A DNA stretch of 64,000 nt, from positions 11,658,591 through 11,722,590 of the forward strand of contig CAJINV010000002.1 in NCBI GenBank assembly GCA_905178155.1, in the 5' to 3' direction. This DNA is from Amoebophrya sp. A120 (Eukaryota; Protista; Dinoflagellata). The notes under the pieces were generated by a model that was given only the letters and a program-made list of their open reading frames with translations, did not search any database and was not told the origin of the DNA. Positions 1-11,652 of this stretch are shown piece by piece. The position numbers were made by a program, and so were the translations under genes. Positions within the stretch are counted from its first letter, which is position 1, and each line of letters begins with the position of its first letter.

Positions 1-418
1 TGCTGTCTTCGAAAAGTTGCAAATGTCCTCGGCTCCCTTGCGAAAGCAGCGGAAATGGGTCATAATCGGCCACAGTCGTGCATATGCTTCGATCGCAGGC
101 GGGTCTCGTTCTTTCCCGCACCAGCGAAAAAGCCTTCCTGCGGACGGCTTCACGAAGGTCCTCGCCTGTTAGGTCTTCTTTACCTGCTGAAGGACCACAC
201 AAGAAGCTAGCGCTGACCGACCCAAACGGGTGCAAGACGAAAAAGAGGCTACTTCCAAAACCGAAGGCCTTGAACTCAGGAAGCAGCATATTGGAGATTG
301 ACTCGAACCAAGACAAGGACAACCAGTAGCACGAAATGCCAGAAAACGTTTTGATACACACAACTAGAGATAAAACTACGGCTTTGGCCTTTTTCGTCCA
401 CAGAATCCTGGCCGACAT
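1..418 (-). CDS. possible 5' part of a hypothetical protein running off the window edge
   Basis: Hand translation from ATG at 418 (MSARILWTKKAKAVVLSLVVCIK...) stays open to base 1, on the same strand as all other genes. No recognisable motif. Confidence 0.25.
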   Translation of the reverse strand, partial: MSARILWTKKAKAVVLSLVVCIKTFSGISCYWLSLSWFESISNMLLPEFKAFGFGSSLFFVLHPFGSVSASFLCGPSAGKEDLTGEDLREAVRRKAFSLVRERTRPACDRSICTTVADYDPFPLLSQGSRGHLQLFEDS

Positions 419-740
419 GAGTGAGATGAGATCGCTGAGCCGGTGTCATCTTGCACCACGAAGTGACAGAGCGAATAAGAACAGTGGGGGTAAAGTAAAC
501 ACGTGAAGATACACGTGCGCCACGAAGCCGTCCAATACCCAATCGAATTGGGAATGATTTTGGTGATTTTTTACTTTTCTTGGAAAGTCATGCAGCGTAA
601 ATCCGAAAATCGGTTCTGCCAAAGCAAAGCCTGATCCTCGAAGAATTGAATCTACATCATGTAGTAGACAATTACGCGTAACAAAGAACTTGTTTTCACG
701 ATTCCCTTTACTTATTCTCATCCTCCAGTTCGCATTCGCT

Positions 741-3305
741 TCAAGAACTTGCATTTTTGCCTTTCCCCTTTCCTCCTTTCCCTCCTTTCTTGCCACCGCC
801 CTTGCCGTTACGCCGCTTGTTTTCGGACTCCGGGAAAGAAGTGGACGAACTTTGCTGCGGACCGGAGCTGCTCCCCTTCTGATTTTTTGATGATTTTTCT
901 TGCTTTCCGCCATTCTTTTTCCCACCTCCTTTCTGACCGCCACCACCGCCGCCACCTTCAATGCGCAGACCCGGGACGCCTTTGAGGCCCATCATTCCGA
1001 CGGTTTTTTTCATCAACGTGGGCTGTTCGTCGCAGTACAAAACCCGCTCCGCGTACAGATTCGCCTGCTCGACCAGTTTCTCCTTGCTCCACGATATGCG
1101 CTTCGGGCAGAGACCGTTGTAGTACCCGAGCCAAGCGGCGTAGCACTGGTCCTTGGTCTTGCCCTCTGCGTCAGTCGTCGTGTCGCCACCGAGCAGCAGT
1201 TGGAACACTTGGTTTTTCGCCATGATGTCCGCCACAGAAAGAACATTCGATTTGTCGAAAACATCGGGATCCGAGCTTGCTTGGAACAGTGCCTTCCAGG
1301 TGGGTTGACTAATCTGTCCGTAGGAGGACGTCGTAGTTGTGCCCATATTCCACGAAGTAGAATTTTCGCCTTCCCTCCCAAACTTCCGCACCGTCGGGAG
1401 GTGCACACGATCTTGCTCCGCGAACCGCTTTACGAAGTCGCGGCCCAGCACGTCCTTCTCAAAATCACACAGGAGCAATACGCTCTCGCCCATTTCGCCG
1501 GCGCGAGCGGTCCGGCCCATGCGGTGGGTGTACTGCTCAAGCGATGCGGGCGCGCCGATCTGCAGGACGTGCGTCACATTCGGGTAATCCAACCCACGGG
1601 CAGACACGTCGGAAGAAAACAGAATTCCGGTGTCGGCTTCGCGAAACGCATCCGAAGTCTTGGTCCGCTGCGCCTGCGACTTGCGGCTGTGGATCTCGTA
1701 CGTCTGCGGGACGTAAATTCCTTTCGGACTGTTCCTCTTGAACTCGGAAAACAGCGAATTCGCGACCTCGGCGAAGAACTGGGTCTGCCGGGCGGTTGGT
1801 AGAAAGCAGATCACCTTCGCAGTCGGCTCTTTCCCCTTGGAGAACCAAATGCGAAACAGCATGGAGAAGCACACCTCCAGAATGTCCCAGGCCCCGCAGG
1901 TAAAGAACCGCTGGTGGATCGCCGCGGGCGCGGATTCGTTCTTGCACGTGTCGACAAAGGTGTAGTCCTTTTTCAACACCAACTGCAACACCTCCTTGAT
2001 CTGGTTCGATAAGGTTGCGGAAAACAAAAGGGACTGACGGTTTTTCGGCAGGTAATCGACAATTTTCACGATCGCGTCGCGGAAACCCATCTCCAGCAGC
2101 TGGTCCGCTTCGTCCAGGATCAGCGTGAACGCCGAGTGCTGCCCCTGCATCAGGCGCTCGTAGATCATCGCGGTGTTCTGCTGCAAGTGGTCGTAGAGCC
2201 GCCCGGGCGTCGCGACGAGAAGATCGATCGTGCGGTACGTTTTATTGTCCCGCCCGGCAGTCTTTTCCAGCTGCTGCTTGTCCTTCTTGATGTCCCGGCC
2301 GCCGAACATCAGAACGGACGCGAAGTCCGACCAGAACTGCGTCAAGGCATTCGCCTCCTCCGAGATCTGCATCGCCAGCTCGCTATGGATTGCAAAAATG
2401 TCTGGGTCTGGAAGATTACAACTTGTCATGCTAAATCCGAATCATGCAAAAATCTGTGTTGCATGAGTGCCAAAAGCTGTCCCCTTTTGACCAAGTTGAG
2501 AGGGAGTTTCTCATGCAGGAAAGGCATGATAGAGACCTCAAAGAATCTGTCATGCTGGGTCTCGCATTTCAGACCTCATGGGTCATGGAAAACCTGCATC
2601 ACAAATCTTACATTCTTCCAGACCCAGACATTTTTACATTTGATACTCGCGAGTCGGAGACAAAACGAGCGCGGAAATGCGACCTTGATCCTTTTTCGCG
2701 GCCGCGCTATTTGCGTTTGCGCGCGCCTGCCAGATCTTTTCGATCGTCGGAAGCAGAAACCCGATGGTTTTCCCCGTCCCGGTCTTCGCCTTCGCGAACA
2801 CGTCCTTGTGCTCCATGATCGGCGGCAGCGACTCCGCCTGCACCTGGGTCATGAAACTGAAGCCCATTTTGTCAATCGCCTTCAGCGACAAACTGTTCAG
2901 TTTCGGCTGCAAATCGGTGAATTTCTGGTCCGTGAGAAATGCTTTTGTCGTGGTTGTCGTGCGAGATTTCCAAGCGGTACTGGAGGCTCTCGCCCCTTGA
3001 AGATGTTCGCCTGGTGCCGAACTGGGCGGTTGCACGGTCTCGTCGTCGTGGTGGTCCTTCTTTTGCCACTTGGCCTTCGGGGGTTTTTCCGCTTGGTCCA
3101 TTTCCGTTTTCGACGTGAACGCAAGCTGCGTCTTGCCGTCAAACTTTTCCCAGCACCCGTTGCAGTACCAGTAGTCGGTGTCGCCATCTTCAAACAGTTC
3201 CGTTTCAAGGAACAACTTCCCGCAGTCGTCGCAGTTGTATTTCTTCAGCTTTTGCTGTCCGAACTGCCCGTCCGGGCGGTCAGAAGGTGCTCCACGGGGA
3301 CCCAT
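741..3305 (-). CDS. DEAD-box RNA helicase (Mss116/plant RH31-like) with N-terminal CxxC..CxxC motif; split by introner 2384-2645
   Basis: Q motif GFSFMTQVQ, AKTGTGKT, SPTRE|LA (rejoined across the element), TPGRL, DEAD, SAT, HRMGRTARAG, C-terminal YAAWLGYYN and a G/K-rich tail. Joins ORFs 2634-3332 and 741-2429; first ATG at 3305. Confidence 0.93.
2384..2645. mobile_element. introner / MITE-like non-canonical intron, family A (262 bp)
   Basis: About 32-bp imperfect TIR (tatggattgcaaaaatgtctgggtctggaaga ... tcttccagacccagacatttttacatttgata). TSD CTCGC at 2379-2383 and 2646-2650. Excision restores helicase motif Ia SPTRELA. Near-identical to 44061-44321. Confidence 0.95.
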
Positions 3306-3898
3306 GATTCTGGTTTTGCTCGTTTTTGACACTAGTACAATTGTCGCTAGTACGATGTTGTCGCTACGCTTTATCGTACCCTAAACGGTATCCAGAATGA
3401 AGAAACTGGCTCTGGGGAAGTAACACTTTCTCGAAATTGAAAAAACAAACGGGACCTGTTGAACAGCGTGAAATGAGGGAAAAATTCATGCGCGAATGAG
3501 TCGACGAGTTCGGGAAAATTAATAGAGTTTAGAAAGAGAGGTCGAAATGAACGAATCAGAGAAAAAATTATAGCAGAACATTTTTATGAATCTGGAGTCT
3601 GGTGTACTTTCTTCTCTGTTCGCGAATAGACGAATAACCGGGATCACGTACGTCTCACACCAATGATCTAGGATCCTGATTTCGATTTTCTGTTATATTT
3701 TAGATTTTCTGCGTGTGTTTCGACGCAAGCCACAGCCTTTTTATTATACAATGAGAGGAACACCAGCTCAAATTTATCAACAGGAAAATTGCGCAGTGGT
3801 GACTCATAGATTTCGTTTATGGCTGCGCGCACAGCAGGAGGAGATCTTCCGGAGTTGATATTTTTTCGATGCTGGTCCACACAAAAATGGATGTATCT

Positions 3899-6110
3899 TC
3901 ACACGGCCCCGTACACATGGAAGACATTTTCCAGGTACCACCCGCAAAATCTTTTCCACGTTTGTCCGCGTACCCTGTGTCCGTGCAAATACCACTGGCC
4001 GATCCTGCGCGAGTCCCACCGCTCGTAGCGAATCAGCAGCGTGGGCGCGGTCCGCGTGATGTTGGTGCTATTGCCGCCCCGTTTCACAATTCGACTGTCA
4101 TAAATCAGCACGTCGCCGGCCTTCCACGACTTTTTCTGCTTTTGCCGCTCGAGCTCCTGAAACTGCGCATCGAATTCCTCGTCTTTGGTTTTTCTGCTTG
4201 GGACAATTTTATTCCGCTGTGCAGTTGCAGTGTCGGTTTGTAGTGAAGCCTCGGCTGTGCCGCTTTTCCTCTTTCTTCCGTGCTCCTCCACCAGGTCTTG
4301 AACCGCAGTTTCGACGTCGCTGGCGGTAACGGCCCCGCGTACGGCGCAGCACAGCCGAAAGGCCCGTAGAAACCGCGACACGAAGGAGAGCCGGTTTTCC
4401 TCAGCATCAGCTGGCATTGTCAACGGCAAGTCGCTTCTTGTCAGCTTGTGTGTTCCGGGGAGCATTTCGAGCAGTCCGGCGTTTTCCGGGATGTCGTCCA
4501 GCGGGACCAGCACCGTCACGCTGTGACTGTGACTGTCCGTGTGCCACAACTGGGGTGGGCAAATCACGTCGTTCAGCACCAGTAACACCTCAGCCACGTA
4601 CAATCGCGGGCTTGTGAGCTGCGCGCTGAGCAACTCGTCATCGGCATCCGGGTCCTCGCTGCTGTTTTGGTCGGTGATTGCAGTGTCCAATAACGCCGCA
4701 GCCTGTTCCGCCTCGATTTCTCGCTCCAGTTTCTCGACGGGAGTTAATACCGAGTCTTGTTGTGGTCCCACTGGTCGTGGTGCCGCTCTCCTTCTCTCTT
4801 GTTCCTTTTGCAATTTTCTGACCACGTCATTGTGCGTCAAATACCTCTGCACAACCGGGACGAAAAAGCGGTGAAAATCAGCCACGTGCTGCTCCAGACT
4901 CGAACCCCGGATGTTCATGTGCAACCTACCCTCGTAGGGTCGCCCGTGGTGCACGTTCCAATCCTTTTCCTTGATGCACCACCCGAGCCCCTGCGGCGTG
5001 TCGGGGCGGATGTTTGGCGTGTCGAAAAGGCCTTGCTTTGCCTCGTCCATCGTCTCACGTGGTATACAGTTCTTCAGCAGGACAAAGCCGCTGGTGTCCA
5101 GCGCGTCGCAGGCGTGGAGCTGTGCCGGCTCGTTGTAGGCGGGTTCGGAAAAATCTTGCGTGGGTCGAATTTGCACACCAATGTCCTTGTGGTCGCCGAG
5201 CTTGGTTTTTCGCTTTCCGAATCGGTGCCGCAGCGTGGAAAGAAGTTCGGCCTGCAAAAACTCGGAACGAAAGTTGCAATTCCCTTTGAGGATCATGTCG
5301 TGTGACGAATCCAGGCTGTCCAGCTCGCGGGCGACCTAAGTTTTTTGCAAGATGACGTACTAAACGGATTCCAGAATGAAAATTAAGGTAAAATTAAAGT
5401 TAAAGATCAACGCTAGCTTGGAAAAAATAAAGAGCCACATCCTGCCATGATCGCTGCCTGTTACATACCCGCGCCATCAATTCGGCTTCCACGGGAAAGA
5501 GCAAAGCTGCCGCTCGCCGAAACTTCTCCAGGTTGAAGCTCTTCATCTGCTCCCATGCCCTCAGCTTCTCGAGCATCAGCTTCTGCAGTTTCGTTTGAAT
5601 TTCCCCCATTTCCCGGTCCTCGGCCACCGCGCGCATATCCACAACCCAGTCCCGTAACCGCTCCGCGCGCACCTCTTCCGAGTAGTCCTTTTTGATGAAC
5701 GCCAAGCCCAACGCCAGAAACGCGGCATGGACGCCGAGAAGAATGGTGCTGGAAAGGGAGAACAGAACCAGATGGTACCACTTCAGCTGCCACAAAAAAT
5801 CCTTCACGTACTCCCGGAGGTACTTGTGTCGGAAGCAGGACTTCGTGGGTGGGGTTGTGAGAATCTGCTTGATGAAATCCGAAAAAGATACGTTTCTCCG
5901 CGTTGTTTCGTTGTTCCACCACCGCCATTTGAGGCGATACGGCAACGTTGCGAATGCACGGGCGGTAGTTGATGAGGGCAGTGATGATAAAGTCCTTGGT
6001 CGTATACTGGTGTTGGACGAGGACGACGAAAACGCTGATCCTGCACTACGGGCAATCCGCAACGTCGCAGTAGTTCTCGTCGTGTTTACCAGCAGCCGCC
6101 GAGGCAACAT
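3899..6110 (-). CDS. PhyH-like 2OG-Fe(II) oxygenase-fold protein with mitochondrial-type presequence and TM segment; 2 exons
   Basis: ORF 5400-6110 (R/S/T-rich N-terminus, hydrophobic segment) joins ORF 3899-5296 through phase-0 GT-AG intron 5336-5468 (LMAR|VARELD). PhyH motifs LDTSGFVLLKNCIP, QLWHTD and AGDVLIYDSRIVKRGG. Confidence 0.72.
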
Positions 6111-6490
6111 CTGCGAGGACTCTGTCTGACAATATCCACAACTTCCCGAAAGTAATGCAATAAGCGACCACGTTACGAAGAGGCGCAGCCGGCGTTCATT
6201 TTTTCAAACACAAAAAACAAACAGATACGACTCAACGGAAAGATGAAGGAGCTGTAAGTAGGCAAAGTCTACGAACAGTGAAAAGATGCACTACACTTCG
6301 AAGTCGAACACGGTAGACACTGCATGCTCCACACACGCACAAATACTGCCGACCGCTCCGCGAGACTCCAACGACCTTTTCTTAAGTTGGCTTTTTTCAT
6401 AATTTTTCTGTGTTCACTAGGTGCGTCGCTTGCTCGATTCAAGTTGTCCGTGTCAACAGATTGGAGATTCGCGAATGCGCATTCATCCTA

Positions 6491-8016
6491 TCACAGCAAA
6501 CGGTCTAGCCTCGCCAGCCGGCCGACGTTTTTTTCGTACATCCACGCAATTTCATCATCTTCGTCTGCGTCCACCTCCCAATCCGGCTGTTTCTTCATGG
6601 CTGAGTTAGCGCGTTGGTAGACCGGACTCAGGCTCAGATCAGGCTTACTGAGAAGATCGGCTCTGCTGCGGCCAGACGCTGGCGCCACACGCTTCATCTC
6701 CTCCACGACGGGCAGACCTACGGAAGATGTTGATCCTAAAACCTCCATGCATCCATAAGTACATTGCGTTCTAGTGCGGGCAACTGCGCACAGAATGATG
6801 TTGAATGAAAGGGTCGCAAGCAAAAGGTGAAGCAATGAAAGGCTGTTGGCATAAAAAAAACATACTTGCAGCAAGGAAGCGCTCGTCTTCGTCGAGAAAG
6901 CCGTCGTTGTCCCGTTGCAGCTTGACCGGGTCACCGTCGCCAACGACAAAAACTGGGAATGCGGACTCGAGTCGCGCTTGTTCCAGCGTTTGTGCGCGCA
7001 GACTCGCTTGCTCCTCCTCGCGCGCCTTTTTTCGCCAGTCCTCCTTGAAGTCACGGAGCTCCTTAGCAATCAGCCCTGATATGGCGTTTTTCTCCTCTTC
7101 CAGCTTCACGTCGTGCTCAACAATGCGCAGCTCCGCCCAACACTTTGACAACTTGTCTTTCACGTTGGTGCCCAGGTCCGTCAGCTCCTTAACCTTCGTT
7201 TTGGAAGCATGATTCTTGATTTATCCTCTTGCTTATCCAAGTAGAGGCCGAGAAGTACCATCTCCAGTACACAACAGAACAGATCAAAACTACCTGTACC
7301 TTCCTCCTGACTTCTCGTTCGCTGCGATCAGCGAACTCCTGGTTGCTGAGCGCTCCGAGACCTAGTCTGGCGACGACGGCCGCCTCCCGCAGTTGCTTGT
7401 CGTCATCCCGTAGTTTGCTGTCCACAACTTCGACTATCTTCGTCCGACTCCGCATTTCGTCATCGTCGACCTGCCGTCGGTAAAGCTCCGCGTCCAACCG
7501 GTCGGCCTGCATGCGTTTTCGCGACTCTTCGAAGAGTCGGCGCTCGTGCTCCAATTTCTTGCGTTCCGCGCGCAGCGCTTTCCGCTCCTTCTCCAGCCTT
7601 CTCTGCTCTTCAACCGTAACAACACTTCTGCTGTCAGGCTCGTCCGGCCGGCGTGTTTCAGAATGCACCGATGCGCTCGACGTAGGTCGCACGATCATTC
7701 GCGCGGGTACTTCGGATTTGGCGACATCTTCATGGGTATGATCATCAGCGGCAGATGGATGATCTTGGCTAACCTCTATAATTGTGTTTCCGTCGGCCTC
7801 AGCTTGCGCGCTCGTGCCCGCAGCAGCACGGCTTTCTTCGTCCAGTGTGTTGTCTGCGGCAGACCTTCTTCTGCCGGCACCGACCACACCGGCAGCCACA
7901 GCATCTCCTCCTTCTTCTTCCCCGTCCGGCCTTCCGTGTCCAGCCAACACACTGCCCTGCGTAGAAGCCCGGAACTCCGGGTTTAGCAGCTCGTACTCCA
8001 CGACCTCCTCCGTCAT
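6491..8016 (-). CDS. hypothetical coiled-coil protein, about 3 exons
   Basis: ORFs 7189-8016, 6771-7163 and the 3' part of 6491-7069 are E/R/K-rich and can be linked by plausible GT-AG introns. Exact junctions are uncertain. Confidence 0.6.
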
Positions 8017-8765
8017 TTGTCCTTCTTTTCCTCGATCGCCTTGGCCGGAGATGTTGACGTACTTTTACCAGAGTCCGGTACTAAAGAAGGCGTGGGCTTT
8101 TCCTCTTTCACGGATATCTTCCCCGTTTTTTTGTCCCGGACCAGTCTGGAAATCTTGTGCTGCTCCCCGAAGTCGGCGTCTCTGTACTCCTCGACGTGCA
8201 GGATTCGGTCGCTGTGCTTGTTCGGAAAGATGCCCCGCCGGCGAAAGAAACACCAATCTAGAAACGACACAAACCAGTTATGACCCGCTCAAGTGTTACA
8301 ATCTCAAACGTTACAATAGAATATGGAAATCTGTGATGCAGGAAGTGCATGATCTAGCCTACTCCCATAGGACTTCTGCGCATGACACGTTCTGGAGTCC
8401 CAAGCCGCACTAGAATCTGGCGAAATTTGTATTGCAGAAAGTGAAACAATTTGCGACTCTCTCACGCTCGTCATGCAAGACAAACTCGAGACTCTATTGT
8501 AACGCTTGAGATTGTAACACCTGAGCGCGTTATACCAGTAGGTGAGGATGAACACCAGCGTCACCACAAAGACGGCGAGAAACACCGGCCAGAGCGATTT
8601 GTACAGGCGCTTCGTGAACTTGTTCGCTTGGAAGGCGTCAGCGAAGAAGGTGGACACGTGAACGAGAATGTGGTCGTCCCCAAAAATTCTGCTCAGAAAC
8701 CCGGTCGACGAGGTCTGCGAGGATCTACCGGGATGATGATCGCCAAATTCACGAAAAGGATCCAT
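8013..8765 (-). CDS. hypothetical single-pass membrane protein split by introner 8279-8534
   Basis: ORF 8304-8804 (TM LWPVFLAVFVVTLVFILTYW) joins ORF 8013-8270 in frame (TYW|FVSFLDW) when the element plus one TSD is removed. First ATG at 8765. Confidence 0.7.
8279..8534. mobile_element. introner, family E (256 bp)
   Basis: About 42-bp TIR (tatgacccgctcaagtgttacaatctcaaacgttacaataga and its inverted copy ending ...gagcgcgttata). TSD CCAGT at 8274-8278 and 8535-8539. Contains GCATGACA at 8380. Confidence 0.93.
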
Positions 8766-9528
8766 TTTGAGTTCCGAAACTGGCTGCGCAAGCTTGCGCG
8801 GCAACTTCGTTTGGCAATGGGGCGCTGAAGGTCGTGTGCTCTCTCGCTAGGTAGCCAGGCATGACGCGTCTATTTTCGGTACGCGGGTTGTAGTAAAAAA
8901 ATTCTCAGGAACTGTCGCGACACACTAGTTAGTACTCACCGGATTTGACAAACGGACAATCCACGGTAAAAATAAAATGCAGCTCCAGGGTGTGAATGTA
9001 ATCTGTGCAAAAATAACTGGAACCAGAGCTAATTAGCCATCAGAGCTATTTTCTACGCGGCAACGACGAGCATAATGAACGAGGCTGGAATCACAGCACG
9101 TTCCGAATCAGCAGCGATGAGATCCATATGTAAAAGTACTTTCGCGAGCTCGACAAGTTGCTTGGAGAAGTTGTATCAATCTCGCTTTATTTGGGTTCAC
9201 GACTCTCGCAACATCGCTGCTCAAGCTCTCGGATTTCTCTCGGCGGATACCGAAGCCAATGAGCACAGTAAAGTCGTTCTCGTACCACACGGAGGGTGCC
9301 GCAAGGTGAACAACTCATGGCATGGTGGTGAAATCGTTCCAGAGCCGAATGCTTTTCCTCATTCGCCTTCACGAGCGTGTTCGTGGCTATCATACAATTT
9401 TTCCCATACTGTTATTTTTCGTAGAGAAGTACGTTCATTTTTTTAAGTAAAGACACGAAACCAAGCTCGTCGAAACCTTGCTTCCCAGAAGTACTTCGGA
9501 CTTTCGCGCGAAATGCCAGCACCCCGCC

Positions 9529-11652
9529 CTAGAACTGCGGCTCCCGCACCATCAGAACCCAATTATCCTTCCCGTCCACCTTGTCTCGTACCTCGAACCC
9601 GTATTTGTGGTAATGTCGGATGTTCTCCGCAGTGGTCGTTTCCAGAACCAACGGCATTTGCTTTTCCCTTGATAACGAAATCACGTGCTGCAGCAGACTC
9701 CGTCCGTACCCCTTCCCCTTGCCGCGCACCGGATCCGCGGCGAACATGAAAATGTAGATGAAAGGCCGGTAGTTCAAAAGTAAATTCTTTTTCTTCTCCT
9801 TCATCTCGCCTAGCGCGAAGAGATCGTCGCTGGGAAGTCGCGGACGAAACGGATCATGATAATTTTGAAGACGAGTATACAGGGCGGGCGCCCTGTCATC
9901 TCGACGTCCCTCGGCTACTGGTAATAAATGCAGCGATGCAGCTTCTTGCACACTTTCGGGCAATGCCATTGCCCAACCATGCGCTTCCCACGCAACATGG
10001 TCGTTGAAAACGCGGACTTCTTCCTGCGAATCCGAGTACACTGGGAAGCAAAGCATCAGGGCCCGCATTGCTTCGCAGGGCGGCGGCGCGCCAAAATTGG
10101 CCACCGCCAGGCGCCCGTCGCACTCGAAGGCCCCGAGGACCAGGCCGAAGTAGGAGGCGCAACGGAGATTGACTTTCAAGTAGTTGAGGCAGTCTTCGGG
10201 GTCTCTCGTGTCGATCAAGCCAGCAAGTTTGTCCAGCTCGGAACCAAAGGCCGCTGCTATGAGACGGGCCGCGGTATTTTCCAGGGTGGAAGAAGTAGCC
10301 GTAGAGTGCTCGCAAGCATTGTCAGGCCCGGTAAAAATCATACCTCCACCAGTCGCGCCCGTACGGCCCCTGGCTCGTCGTCCACTGAGCTGCTTCATCT
10401 GAAGCTGATCTTCTACCTTTTCATCCAGATAGATTTGACAACTGTGAACCCTGGTCGTTCCGCCCGTCGTTTGGTTCCGTACAAGCTCGTCATACAGTGG
10501 GTATGTTTGTCGCGAAATGTGCAGGTCCGGATCTTGCATCACTTCACGCACCCGCTTTCGCTTCCGCTCCTCCTCCCGTTGCGGCTCCCCAGACTTGCGC
10601 ATGCCGTAGAATACAGGCAGGAGTTGACCCCAGCCGAAAATATAGTTGAACACCCAGTTGTCCGGGTCCTCGATCCATTTGAGCCATGCTGCGTTTTTGG
10701 GGCTGAGATCATTCCCCCCTCCGTCCCCGAAAGCAGTTCCACCATCATCTGCCGCATACCACGCGACCAAAACCGGCTGTACCAGACTCATGCAGGTACA
10801 CACGTTCATGACGTGCACCCAGAGGACGGTTTGCTCGCGCAGGAGTTTGCGAAACCAGTACTTTGTGTTCAGCTGCTCGAAAACAAACTCCGGCATCTCC
10901 TCGAGCATGTAGTCCACGATGAACGGTCGGTCTCCGAAGGAAAGGCTCACAAGCATGGGCAGTGTCATGCCTATGTTTGTGATCGGCGCAAAGCATATTG
11001 CGAGAATCGCGCCGACTGGGTGCGACAAAAATGCCGAGCTTCTTGATACGGAAGCTCGCCCGGAGGTGGAGGAACCCTCGTCGTCCGTCGTGCTGCTGGC
11101 ATCAAGCGCCCATGCAGTCACGAGATAAAGCAGCAAAAACAGAATGAATTGCCCGACGTCCATCACTTTCGGGAACACACCCACGGGAATCGCGAGATAC
11201 TGGCAGCTTCCTTTTCTCATATTTCTCCAACTCAGCTTGATCTTATCCGTCGTCTCGCTGTCATCTGCACGAGCCTCTTCTATCTCGGCGGTGGGCGCAT
11301 AAGTAGACCACGCGATTTCATTTTCCTCCGCAAGTCTCGCTTGATCTCTTCTCCTGATACGCTGCCGATGCCGCAAAAAGCCGTAACCAACAACCAGTGC
11401 AGCGACGATAGTACCGACTTTGAACGCGTACAGCTGGGACCGGGCCGATCTCCCAGCCAGGCAAAGCACGGCGACATACGGTGCCCAGTCCACGCCGCTG
11501 TCAAAAACCTTGAGGAATTTGTGTCCAAATGTACTTGCACAAGAAGAGACTGCTTCCGCAACGAGAAAAGCTCGATTTCGAAACTCGGAGTGTTCGAAGC
11601 TACGCGGCATGCCCTCCAGAAAAGGCCTCTGCGATGGCACTGGTTGTTCCAT
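9529..11652 (-). CDS. multi-pass membrane protein with C-terminal GNAT acetyltransferase domain
   Basis: Single long ORF with several hydrophobic helices in the N-terminal half. C-terminal acetyl-CoA motif ADPVRGKGKGYGRSLL and LVLETTTAENIRHYHKYGFEV. Confidence 0.82.
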   Translation of the reverse strand: MEQPVPSQRPFLEGMPRSFEHSEFRNRAFLVAEAVSSCASTFGHKFLKVFDSGVDWAPYVAVLCLAGRSARSQLYAFKVGTIVAALVVGYGFLRHRQRIRRRDQARLAEENEIAWSTYAPTAEIEEARADDSETTDKIKLSWRNMRKGSCQYLAIPVGVFPKVMDVGQFILFLLLYLVTAWALDASSTTDDEGSSTSGRASVSRSSAFLSHPVGAILAICFAPITNIGMTLPMLVSLSFGDRPFIVDYMLEEMPEFVFEQLNTKYWFRKLLREQTVLWVHVMNVCTCMSLVQPVLVAWYAADDGGTAFGDGGGNDLSPKNAAWLKWIEDPDNWVFNYIFGWGQLLPVFYGMRKSGEPQREEERKRKRVREVMQDPDLHISRQTYPLYDELVRNQTTGGTTRVHSCQIYLDEKVEDQLQMKQLSGRRARGRTGATGGGMIFTGPDNACEHSTATSSTLENTAARLIAAAFGSELDKLAGLIDTRDPEDCLNYLKVNLRCASYFGLVLGAFECDGRLAVANFGAPPPCEAMRALMLCFPVYSDSQEEVRVFNDHVAWEAHGWAMALPESVQEAASLHLLPVAEGRRDDRAPALYTRLQNYHDPFRPRLPSDDLFALGEMKEKKKNLLLNYRPFIYIFMFAADPVRGKGKGYGRSLLQHVISLSREKQMPLVLETTTAENIRHYHKYGFEVRDKVDGKDNWVLMVREPQF

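Noticed and set aside
2379-2650. Canonical GT-AG reading of the helicase introner (GTATCA...CCATAG)
   Set aside because: It would insert an Asp into invariant motif Ia (PTRDELA), and equivalent sites are absent from most other elements. Only cDNA can exclude it fully.
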